Positions 9,883 to 21,075 of a stretch of DNA of 64,000 bases are shown here, one piece after another (the stretch's first letter is position 1; each line of letters starts with the position of its first letter). The DNA lies in the NCBI GenBank assembly GCA_052327205.1, contig CM126222.1, forward strand, positions 47,554,001-47,618,000, read 5' to 3'. A model generated the notes under the pieces. That model was not told where the DNA came from and did no database searches. It worked only from the letters and a program-made list of their open reading frames with translations. Source of the DNA: Somniosus microcephalus (taxonomy: Eukaryota). The position numbers were made by a program, and so were the translations under genes.

Positions 9883-12820
9883 AGAAACATAGAAACATAG
9901 AGATAGGAACAGGAGTAGGCCATTCGGCCCTTCGAGCCTGCTCCGCCATTCAATGAGATCATGGCTGATCTTCGTCTGAGATCTTAGCTGATCTTACCAG
10001 TTCAGTACCCCGTCCCCGCCTTTTCTCCGTAACCCTTAATCCCCTTAGCCTTCAGAAATATATCCAATTCTCTCTTGAAAATATTTATTGAATTAGCCTT
10101 CACAGCCCTCTGTGGCAGGGAATTCCACAGGCTCACCACTCTTTGAGTGAAGAAATTCTTCCTCATCTCTGTTTTAAATGATTTGCCTGCTATTTTTAGA
10201 CTGTGGCCCCTGGTTCTGTGCTCCCCTGCCATTGGAAACATTCTCTCTGAATTCAGCCTGTCCAGGCCTGCCATAATTTTATATGTTTCGATGAGATCCC
10301 CTCAATCTTCTAAACTCCAGTGAGTACAAGCCCAAACTATTCAATCTCTCCTCGTAGGTCATTCCCGCCATTCCAGGTATCAGCCTGGTGAATCGCCGCT
10401 GCACTCTTTCCATGGCAAGAACATCCTTCCGCAGATGGGGCGACCAAAACTGTACACAATACTCCAGATGCGGTCTCACCAGCACCTTGTACAGCTGTAG
10501 TAAGGTATCCCTATTCCTATACTCGAACCCCCTTGATATGAAGGCCAACATACCATTTGCCTTCTTAATCGCCTGTTGCACCTGCATGCTCTCCTTCAGT
10601 GACTGGTGCACAAGAACACCCAGGTCCCTCTGCACTTCCCCATCTCCCAATCTATTGCCATTTAGATAATCTACCCTCCTGTTTTTACCCCCAAAGTGGA
10701 TAACCTCGCATTTATCCACATTATAGTGCATCTGCCACGTATCCGCCCATTCCCCCAACCTGTCCAAATCGCACTGTAGCCTCCTGACATCCTCATCAGA
10801 GCCCACCCCTCCTCCTAGTTTAGTGTCGTCAGCGAATTTGGAAATATTGCATCCAATTCCCTGATCCAGATCATTTATATATATTGTGAACAGCTGGGGT
10901 CCCAGGACAGATCCTTGCGGCACCCCGCTGGTCACTGCCTGCCACTCCGAAAACGAGCCGTTTATTCCAACTCTCTGTTTTCTATCCGCCAGCCAGTTCT
11001 CTATCCACGTTAATACTTTGCCCCCAATCCCATGAGCCTTAATTTTGCATGATAATCTTTTGTGTGGAACCTTATCGAAGGCTTTCTGGAAGTCAAGGTA
11101 CACCACATCCACTGGCTCTCCCCCATCTATTTTACCAGTTACTTCCTCAAAAAATTCCAGCAGATTAGTCAAACACGATTTACCCTTTGTAAATCCATGT
11201 TGACTCTGTCCGATCCTTTCCCCATTTGTCAAGTGCTCTGCTATTTTATCCTTAATAATGGACTCTAGCATTTTGCCCACAACCGATGTAGGGCTTACTG
11301 GTCTATAATTCCCTGCTTTCTCTCTACCCCCCTTTTTAAATATTGGGGTAACATTAGCTACCCTCCAATCCACGGGTACTGTTCCCGAGTCAATGGAGTT
11401 CCGGAAGATGATCCTTAGAGCATCTGCTATCTCCAGGGCCACCTCAAGTACCCTAGGATGTAGTTTATCAGGCCCCGGGGATTTGTCGGCCTTCAGTCCC
11501 CTCAACTTACCCAACACCATATCCCTAGAGATACTAATTTCTGTCGGCTCCTCCCTCTCATTAGTCCCTATGTTTGCCGATATTCCTGGGAGGTTATTTG
11601 TGTCCTCCTTTGTGAATACAGAACCAAAGTATGAGTTTAATTGGTCTGCCATTTCCTTATTCTCCATTATATATTCTCCCGAATCGGACTGCAAGGGACC
11701 GACTTGGGATTTTACCAGTCTTTTCCTCCTGATATACCGATAAAAGCTTTTGCAGTCTGTCTTTATGTTTGCTGCAAGTTTACTTTCGTATTCTATTTTC
11801 CCCTTCCTGATTAATCCCTTTGTCCTCTTTTGCTGTATCCTGTACTGCCCCCAATCTTCCGGTCTGGTGCTTTTTTTTGCCAGTTGATATGCCCTTTTTT
11901 TTGATTTTATGCTGTCCCTAATTTCCCTCGTTATCCACGGTTGAGCCACCTTTTTAGGTTTATTTTTATGCCAAACCGGTATAAACATGTTCTGGAATTC
12001 TTCCATTCTATCTTTGAATGCTTGCCATTGTCTATCCACTGTCAATCCCCCCCAGAAACACCACCCAATCAATCTTACCCAATTCCCGTCTCATACCCTC
12101 GTAATTCCCTTTATTTAAGTTCTGGACCTTAGTCTCTGATTCAATTTCCTCACACTCCATCTCGACTGAGAGCTCGATCATATTATGATCGCTCTGACCC
12201 AAGGGGCCTCGTACAAGAAGATTGCTGATAAGTCCCTTCTCATTGCACAATACCCAGTCTAAAATGGCCTGATCTCGAGTCGGCTCCTCGACATATTGGT
12301 CCAGATAACCGTCCCGAAAACATTCCAGGAATTCCTCCTCCTCAGAATTTTCACTAATTTGGGTAGTCCAATCAATATGTAAATTAAAGTCACCCATGAT
12401 GACAGCTGTGCTCTTATCGCACGCTTCTCTAATTTCCCTTTTTATGCCTTCCCTCACCTCCATATTACTATTTGGAGGCCTATATATCACACCCACTAAC
12501 GTTTTCCTCCCCTTGCTATTTCTCATTTCTACCCATACAGATTCCGTTTCATCCGAGTTAATATCCTTCCTTTCCATTGCATTAATCCCCTCCTTTACCA
12601 GCAATGCTACCCCACCTCCCCTACCTTTTTGCCGATCCTTCCTAAATATTGTATATCCCTGGATGTTAAGTTCCCAGCCTTGCCCACCCTGCAGCCACGT
12701 TTCTGTAATCCCAATCAAATCATACTTGTTTACCTCTATTTCCACAACTAATTCATCCACCTTGTTCCTAATGCTTCTAGCATTAAGATACAAAGCCTTC
12801 AGGCTTGCTTTTTTCACACT
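9883..12820 (-). mobile_element. Young CR1 (HER1-like) LINE, 5'-truncated at the start of ORF2
   Basis: The 3' tail is a (GTTTCTAT)n octamer repeat (ATAGAAAC on +) at 9881-9900, preceded by a CR1-type 3'UTR. ORF2 is nearly complete. The host CR1 sequence is continuous across the two junctions. Confidence 0.95.
10002..12817 (-). pseudogene. CR1 ORF2 (APE endonuclease + reverse transcriptase) split by two frameshifts
   Basis: Endonuclease motifs YLNARS, ITETW, GDFN and SDH. RT motifs QHGF, DFQKAFDKV, GVPQGSVLGP and FADD. C-terminal RGHSLK...FFTQRVV.LWNSLP. The three ORF pieces join at G-runs near 12047-12053 and 10298-10301. Confidence 0.92.
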
Positions 12821-14019
12821 CTATGAATTAGTTTGAGGATGTAACTGGTAGAATAGATAAGGGAGAACCAGTGGATGTGGTGTATTTGGACTTTCAGAAG
12901 GCTTTCAATAAGGACCTGCTTAAGAGATTAGAGTGTAAAGTTAAAGTACATGGGATTGGGGGTAAGGTACTGACTTGGATAGAGAACTGGTTTGCAGACA
13001 AAGTAGCGTTGGAATAAACTGGTCTTTTTCCTAGTGGCAGGCAGTGACTAGTGGGGTACCACAGGGATTGGTGCTAGGACTCCAGCTATTAATATATTAA
13101 TCTAGACAAGGGGACTAGATGTAATATCCAAGTTTGCAGATGATACAAAGCTAGGTGGGTGTGTGCTGTGAGGAGGATGCAGAGAAACTCCAGTATGATT
13201 TGGACAGGTTGGGTGATTGGGCAGATGCAGTATAATGTGGATAAATGTGAGGTTATCCACTTTGGCAAAAACAGGAAGGCAGATTATCTGAACCGCAATA
13301 GATTGGGAGAAGGGGAAGTGCAGAGAGACCTGGGTGTCCTTGTGCACCAGTCACTGAAGGTAAGCATGCAGGTGCAGCAGGTGGTTAAGAAGGCAAATGG
13401 TATGTTGGCCTTCATAGCAAGAGGATTCGAGTACAGGAGCAAGGACGTCTTGCTGCAGTTGTACAGGGCCTTGGTGAGACCACACCTTGAGTATTGTGTG
13501 CAGTTTTGGTTGCCTTATCTGAAGAAGGATGCTCTTACCATGGAGGGAGTGCAGTGAAGATTCACCAGACTGATACCTGGGATGGCAGGAATTATGTGAG
13601 AGATTGGGTCGATTGGGCTTGTGCTCGCTGGAGTTTAGAAGAATGAGGGGCTCTCATTGAAACTTATAAAATTCTAACAGGATTTGACAGACTAGATGCA
13701 GGAAGGATGTTCCTGATGGCAGGAGTCCAGAACCAGGGGTCACAGTCTAAAGATAAAGGGTAAGCCATTTAGGACAGATGAGGAATTTCTTCAGAGTGGT
13801 GAACCTGTGGAATTCTCTACCACAGAAGGCAGTTGAGGCCAATTCATTAAATATATTCAAAGAGTTGGCTATATTTCTTAAGGGTATAGTGATTAAGGGA
13901 CATGGGGAGAAAGCAGGGACAGGGTACTGAATTTGGATGGTCAGCCATGATCTCATTAAATGGCAGAGCAGGCTCGAGGGGCTGAATGGCCTACTCCTGC
14001 TCCTAATCTGTTTCTATGT
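12821..14019 (+). mobile_element. Older CR1 LINE (host), 3' portion
   Basis: Resumes at FEDVTGRIDKGEPVDVVYLDFQKAF, then FADDTKLGG and RPHLEYCVQFW. Ends with GAATGGCCTACTCCTGCTCC and a TTTCTATGT tail. Many indels. Confidence 0.93.
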
Positions 14020-14716
14020 CCTTTTTTTAGTTATCACAACTTGAGACTAGGGCCAGAGGGTTAATGCGGCAATGCTTGGAGCATTACAAACTGAACAGAA
14101 AGATCACTGCCATTTCCAACTGTCCTAAGAGGCTGTTTCTTTGATTTTTTTTTAAATAAGAGGTCCTTGGCATTAACAGTTCTTACTTTCCCAGCCTTCC
14201 TACCATTCTTTAGTAGGTTGTCAGAGGCAGGCTGCCACTGAAGTGTTCATTCAAAAGGATTTTCACCATCCTGCTGATTGAGCAAGATCTTGCTCAAAGA
14301 CCCCCACCCGCACTGACCGACTCCTTCAAGTGTTTGCAACTGAAGTACTGCAGGCTTCATTAAAGCCCTGGTGGCTCTTTTTTTTTATTGGTTCCCTATT
14401 TAAAGCAATTGCCCATTTGTTCTATATGCACCAAGCATAATGTCTAATACTTAACCTGTCTCTGAAACCTGACTTGAGTTATGCAGCACTCCAGAAATTG
14501 GCTGAATTAATTGTTTCTTGCGTTTACTGGCCAGGTTCAGGAACTTGCTAAGCCAGATTTAGAGGCTGTAGCTTTGCAGGTCAACACCTATACTATTGAG
14601 CCCATATAGTGTACAGAGCACTTGTGTATGATTCAGGACCTGAACCACAGCCTGGCGCCACTGCAGTGTAATTGTGGCATGGTGCACATGGATCACCCTT
14701 GACCCTTGATTTTTAA

Positions 14717-15050
14717 ATTCATTCTCTGGCTATGGGCATTGCTGGGAAAGCTGGCATTTGTTGCCCATCCCTAGTGGCCCTTGATGGTTGGTCACTGTCT
14801 TGAACTGTTGCAGTCTGTGGAGAAGCTACTCTCTGCTGTTTTGTCAGGAGTTCCAGGATTTTGACCCATAGACAATGAAAGAATGGCAATCTGTCCAAGC
14901 CAGGATGGTGTGTGACTTGGAGGGGAACTTGGATGTGATGGTGTTCTGAAGCATCTGTTGCCCTTGTCCCTTCTAGGTGGTGGAGGTCGTGGGTTTGGGA
15001 GGTGTTGCCGAAGAAGCCTTGACTAGTTGCTGCAGTGCATCCTGTATGCA
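14717..15050 (-). mobile_element. 3' end of a second LINE family (CR1-like group)
   Basis: The minus strand gives a decayed C-terminus (EHHHIQVPLQVTHHP) followed by a GGGATGGGCAACAAATGCCAGC tail. The same tail recurs at about 15110-15175 and 31695-31740. Confidence 0.65.
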
Positions 15051-15555
15051 TATGCTGCTTCCCTAATGAGTTCAGTTAATACACTTGTATCTCTTTTCAA
15101 TCAGGATATTTTCATTCTAAATGTTGGCTGGCAAAGCTGGCATTTATTGCCCATTCCTAGTCTCCGTGAGAAGGTGCTGCATTAATGAACCAATGCATAG
15201 TGGTTTAATACAACTGAAGCGTCTTGCTAGGCCACGTTAGAAGTTGAGGCAATAAAGAGCTGTTCCATTTTAATAGGAATAAAATGCTGGCAGTTAGACC
15301 AAGTGCCTCATTCATTCTAAGTTGCAGCCCTAGTGGATTTCTAAATAGGATGTTTTCTTGATGACTTTGCACAGTGGAACTTCACTGTTTGTTAATCTGA
15401 AGAATGCTAGAAACTTTGACCTGTCTGCTCTCAAGACCCTGACTGACCTGTGTATGCTGCATTTTGTTTATTTGCAGCTTTTTTTCTCTCTCTACCATAA
15501 TAAACAGGTGCAACTAAGACAAATGCAGAATGATACTTCAGTTGTAATCTGTAAC

Positions 15556-15943
15556 AAAGGAAGACTTGCATTTATGTAGTGCCTTTCATGACCTCGATGT
15601 CCCAAAATGCATTACAGCATAGTTGTGTTTGTAATGTAGGAAATGCACCAATTTGCTCAAAGTTCCCACAGCTGTGATCATGACTGAATAATTTGTTTGT
15701 GGTGTTGATTTGAGGGATGAATATTGGCCAGGATACCAGGGAGAACTCTCTGCTCTTCAAAATAGTGCCATGGGATCTTTATGTCCACCTCTGTTTAACA
15801 TCTCATCTGAAAGACTGCACCTCTGGCAGTACTGCACTGGAGTGTCAGCCTAGATTTTTGTGCTCAAGGTCTCCGGCATAGGACTTAAACGTGCTACCTT
15901 AACTCTGGCGGGAGTACTACCAACTGAACCACAGTTAACACTG
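15556..15943 (-). mobile_element. tRNA-derived DeuSINE (SacSINE1-like)
   Basis: Reverse-complement copy of the element at 23524-23962. Contains the Deu core AGTGCCATGGGATC and an L2-like tail (TTGCATTTATGTAGTGCCTTT). Confidence 0.85.
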
Positions 15944-16284
15944 ATGTCCTGTGTTCCTTTTATGAAAATTATTACTTGCTTTCAGATTTGCCTGGTCCAC
16001 TTTGTGCAAATTAAATGAGCAAAAAGGCAATTTGCCTGATTTCTTTGCCTGATCTCCAGGGGAGTGTAGGGAGTAGAGGAAGAGGCTCTCTTCAAAAGTG
16101 AGCATTTATCCATCAGACAATATCCTTGAACATATTGAACTTTAATCTGATTTTATGCTTTAAGATTTGTTTTCAACCAGTTATTTTCCTTTCATAACTA
16201 GGTGAGCTGGGCAATCATGCCTGTATAATGATATTTGGGTAGTTTTCATTTAAGTTTCCTTTCCTTAAACTCTAAAGCTACAAA

Positions 16285-16828
16285 GTCACTTTATAAAGTG
16301 CTGGTTAGGCCGCAACTGGAGTATTGTGCCCAGTTCTGGTCACCACACCTTGAAGGATGTGAAGGCCCTTGAGAGGGTGCAGAGGAGACTTGCCAGAATG
16401 GTTCTGGGGATGGGGATCTTAGCTACAAGGACAGGTTGGAGATGCTGGATTTGTTTTCATTAGAGCAAAGGAGGTTGAGGGGTGATTTTGATAAGTGTAC
16501 AAGATTATGACTGGTTTGGATAGGCTAGACAGGGAAAGGCTGTTCCCATGAGTTGATGGTGCAAGGACTAGAACACCGATTTCTGGATTTGGGCAAGAGA
16601 TACAGGGGGATACGCAGCAAGTGGTGAGGACCTGGAACTCCCTGCCGATTTGAGTGACTGCTTTCACCATTTCCATGTTTTCAAGGAGACAGGATAGGCA
16701 CTTGAGGGAATTAAACTTGCAGGGCTAGGGGGATAGAGCAGGGGGGGAATGGGACTGACTAGATTGCTCTAGAGCTGGCATGGACTCAATGGGTCAAATG
16801 GCTGCCTTCTGTGCCTCTGACTATGACT
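16285..16828 (+). mobile_element. CR1 3' fragment
   Basis: LYKVLVRPQLEYCAQFWSPH, WNSLP and a CR1 3'UTR (GGGTCAAATGGCTGCCTTCTGTG). Confidence 0.88.
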
Positions 16829-18377
16829 TAACTGGATTGATCTTCAAAATGAAGGTACTTGGACTGTGGCCTTGCTAGCACCTGAGCTACCAGCTGAACT
16901 TGCCAAATGTGAAGGTGTTTAACCAAGGTGCAAATTAAGCGCAATGTACTTGACACAAGCACAAGATGTACCTTTTTTAAATGGTATAAACATTCATTTA
17001 CTTTGCCAACAGATCTTTCTGCTGATCCTTTTTTTAAGTAGTTGTTGCATGTCTGACTCTTTGCTTTGAGTTCAAGTTAAATATTTAACTGATTGCTACC
17101 TCTGCAAGGTAGCAAAGTAGAAACAAATGTTTTGGAAAAAGAAATGTGGAGGCCTGAACTGGGGCAATTTTTTGTTTTTGTTTTGTTTGTTTGCATTTTA
17201 GCTTTACAAAGATTTAAGTACTGGGGAAATTACAGCAAGGGCCCATGACCTAATTTCCTCTCTCTCTCTCTCTCTCTCTTTCTTTCTCCCCCCCCCCCCC
17301 CCCCCCCCCCCTCCAGTTTCAATTTCCTGTTGTCAGATGGCAATCAAGTGGCTAAGTTGAACTGGTCTGTGAAATTTGAGTGCATGTTGGCAAGTATCTG
17401 GGTTCTTGCTGAAGATATGGTATGAAGTGTAGGATGCAAAGAGGGAGACTTGGCAAAACCTAGTCTGATGTGCCTGTCAATCATTCTGAATGTTTCTCAA
17501 AGCCCAGGCAAGGCAGCAGACCTGCAAAAAGTATCTTTTAAAGTCACTATTGACTTGCCCACTTAATGTTTAAACATTTTATAATACATGGGAGGAATTG
17601 TTCTGTGCTTGTATTCTAGTAGGTTGACTTTTTCCCCATGATGTACACTGGAATAGATGGCTTTACCTTGTACTGTAACTAGATGAGGATTCAAATTGCA
17701 ATGCTGTTTACACGCCCTAAGTGACACTAACAGCAGTGCTAATTTTTTTCTTGTGCTTCATTTTGATATTAAATTTTTCTAAGGTGTTTTCTTGTTGTCC
17801 TACTGTCTGGAATGAATCCTTGTTTGCATAATTCCTACAGAAAGCCATTAACAAAGCATGTTATTCACAGCAATCTGCTTCATTGCTTTTCTGTACCAAC
17901 ATGACATCCATTTCCTTTGCACTAATTCATTTGGCAGGTTTGTACTGGCTGTATAAAATGATGAGATGCTTGAGGAGCAGCTGTCAAACCGATTTGGGGT
18001 AGTGGGATGAATAGGGTTCTGGATATGGAGAACTAAATAGTGTAAAATGCAGTTCTTTTGAGCTTTGTTTCTGACTGCAGTAACCACACATGATGTCATG
18101 GTAGATGTTCTCATTTTGTTGCCCCCGGGAGAGACGCCATTCTTTAGTGCCAGTGCTGCTGCTAATAGGGTTAACAGCAATGGAGTGAGTATATTCATGC
18201 AAGTTTCACTTGACACTGGCTGCAGTGAAGAACAGAATACATCCAGCCTCACTATTTATACTGTACTGTGACCCTGATCACACCTAAAAAGCGAAGCACA
18301 CAAACCAAAGAGAAGCTGTATTGTAGAGATTCATGTATCTGGTAAACAGGATCAAGTGCAAACCAATATGGTGGGTA

Positions 18378-19286
18378 TGTTGTGTTTAATCTGAGTTTAG
18401 GATGGAATATAACACACTAGTAATACAGCAAAAACATACAACCGTGACAAGCAGCTGGTACCGAACCCACTTGGACAGACGGCTGGTGTGTGAACAGTTC
18501 TCTGGCTTTTGCTCTCGCGCGTTCAAGCAGCCCAACTTCTGTTCGGCTCCCTTCTGTCTGTGGGCAAGCCCTTGGTGTCACTTTTTTTTTCTCTTTAGGG
18601 GTGGGCCTGAGGCCAAGTTATTGACAAGACCATTTAATCTATAGAGGTTCCTCAAACTTCAACCCATGGCAGCTCAAGGTTTTGGTCTTGGTTCTTGGAT
18701 GAAAGCCCTCCCCAAAAGAAGGTCTCATTACTTCATCCAATTTATCTTGGTTTTTACATGTTCAAGGTTCCTCCATTAGAATCATATCTCTCGATTCTAT
18801 CTTAACCTAGCAAGTACAAGGCCTGGCCCAGTCCCTCTTATGGCCCCAGCCAGAGCTGTTGCACATTAACCAGTCACTATCTCACCGTCACCTAGCAAAT
18901 GGCCCATTTGAAGATAGATACCTTAGCCCCCTCAAATTCCTTTCAGTCTGTTTTTTCCTAATTAACTTTTAATCTTCAAGCAGTTCAGTTACCATTCTCT
19001 GGAGATTATAATATGGTTATTAGTAATGGAAGAAACATCTAGGTTGGGCCTTCACCGGCCAAATTAAAGATACATTAACAAAGTTAAAACCCTAACTTAG
19101 AAACAACAGATAACTAGCCTAACAGGGCCATCCTATGGGCCCCTGTGTGGAATGTTTGTTTAACCTAGTCTAACTGATTAAAAAACCATCTCAAATTCTA
19201 ATGCAAGCTTTCCAGGAAAATGAAACTTATTTAAAGTGTTATTCATGTAGCCATATACATTTTTAGGCACCCCCTAGTTTCTAACA
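18378..19286 (-). mobile_element. Candidate ~0.9-kb solo LTR (ERV-like)
   Basis: TGTT...AACA termini. GTA(T) on both flanks, overlapping the left terminus by one T. The minus-strand end reads TGTGTTATATTCC...ATTAAACACAACA. Confidence 0.5.
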
Positions 19287-19479
19287 GTATGCAATCTTAT
19301 GTTTATAGTGAATGAGGTATTAATAAGGACATGAGTGTTGAGCCTTGTAATGCATACTGCTGCTTGCTGCAATTTAATTTGCACTTTTAACAACTTGTCA
19401 CTTTTAAGACAGTGGGTCTAAATGCAAGAAGATTGCAAATGTTAGACCCCCCTACTCCCAAAAAAAAAAAAAAAGCAGA

Positions 19480-19890
19480 GGGATAAACTCAGCAATTAAA
19501 GGGTCATCAGCCTAAACTTAGCTGGTGGGGAAACTTTATAGATGCAATAATCCTAGACACAAATCAATCATCACTTGGGGAAAAATATGGGTGAACAAAT
19601 GACAGCCAGCATAGGCTTGTTAAAAGCAAACAAACTTTATTGCTTGCATTCATTGATGTAACTAAGCGGGTTAATGAAGGTAGTGCAGTTGATGTGTATG
19701 AGCTTTCAAAAAGACTAAGTAATACACTTGTTAGCTAAATAGAATCCCATGGATTAAAGGGGCACTGACTCTGGATTTGGCTAAGGGAGTGTACTAGTGA
19801 ATTTTTTCAGACTGAAGTATGCAGTGGTCCAGATGTCTGTATTTGGACCACTGCTTTTTGATTGTATATTAATGACCTGGCAAGTTTACA
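19480..19890 (+). mobile_element. Old CR1 RT fragment
   Basis: Decayed SQHGFVK-like (GACAGCCAGCATAGGCTTGTTAAAAG), VDVVY/FQK and LGPLLF.IYINDL segments. Confidence 0.7.
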
Positions 19891-20829
19891 GGTAATGTGA
19901 ATGTCATGAAGTGATGTATTGGTCTGAGTCCAGGAGAAATCTGAAAGGCTAGTGTGATTTGTGAAGCACTGGAATGCACTTGTCAAGAATGAGACAGCCA
20001 GAATTTCTCTCTCTATTTCAATATTGGACAAATTTGAATGAGGTGTGCTTGCACTGCAAATGGAACATGTTCTGATTTTTGCAATCTTCAATTTAAGAAC
20101 TTCTAGGCAAAATATATGCTGGACCTGGTATGAATCAAAGTTCTCCCACTCTGGGCCAAACTCTTGAGCATCCCCAGTGGGCCATCTTGAATTACAGCAC
20201 CTTGTCATAGATGCTCACAGTACCTGAGAACTGGAAGTCTGTCCTTTTGCTCTTGTACCCATGTGCAAATGCACACACACTGGATCAGCTGACTGCACCA
20301 GGACATTGTTGACTTGCCTGTGGATTTGTAGACCTACATTTTTGTGGGTCTATGATGCCATCAGTCCTCCCCAGGCAATTGGTGGGGAATTGTGCATCTG
20401 TTGTGTAAAATTGCCATATGTTCTAGTCCTGGTAAACAGCTATTCTGTCCTGTGCATGTATATGTAAAAGGATTCCAGAATTGGTTTACTTTTTTGGAAT
20501 GGATGCATGTTACTTTATTTCCCCTGGGGCCCATTGTTTTGGATATGCCAGCATCTGAATAACACTAGAGATACATGGGTGGGAAAAAGGCAGGATTTAA
20601 ATGAATTGGCAATAACTTACAGCAGTGAATGAGTAAGATGTTGGCAACTCAGTCAAATGTGTTCTGAAAATCTGTTGGTAAAATGTCCAGTCTGTGTCAC
20701 TGTGTAACATCCAGGCAAATCAGTGTCTGTTTGCAACTTCCATTAATTCACATGTCAACGTTAAGTTTACTCTTTGAATTCTTGGAAAATTTAAATTACA
20801 CTCTCTTTTGGTTGCATTTACACCTCACT

Positions 20830-21075
20830 CTGGACCTGCCTTTTTGTTTCTCTCATTCTCATATTTTAACCAGCATGCTTGCGCTCTCTCGCTCACCTTT
20901 TCTTACCCCCCCCCCCCCCCCCCCTTCCCCTGGCTCTGCACTTGCTTTCAAAGCTGCTCGTCTTGAACATGGTCCAGTTCTGATGAAAGGTAATTGACCT
21001 GAGATGTTAACTGATTCTCTTCCCAGATGCTGCCTGACTTGCTGAGTGTTGCATTATTTTTTCCCTTCATTTGAA
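20830..21075 (+). mobile_element. Penelope-like terminal fragment with hammerhead motif at 20975-21013
   Basis: A pyrimidine-rich tract is followed by CAGTT CTGATGA A AGGTAATTGACCT GAGA TG TT AACTG and then CAGATGCTGCCTGACTTGCTGAGT, homologous to 8143-8242. Confidence 0.7.

Noticed and set aside
10388-12836. Plus-strand ORFs of 63-146 aa overlapping the CR1
   Set aside because: They are antisense shadows of the CR1 ORF2 reading frame with no independent evidence.
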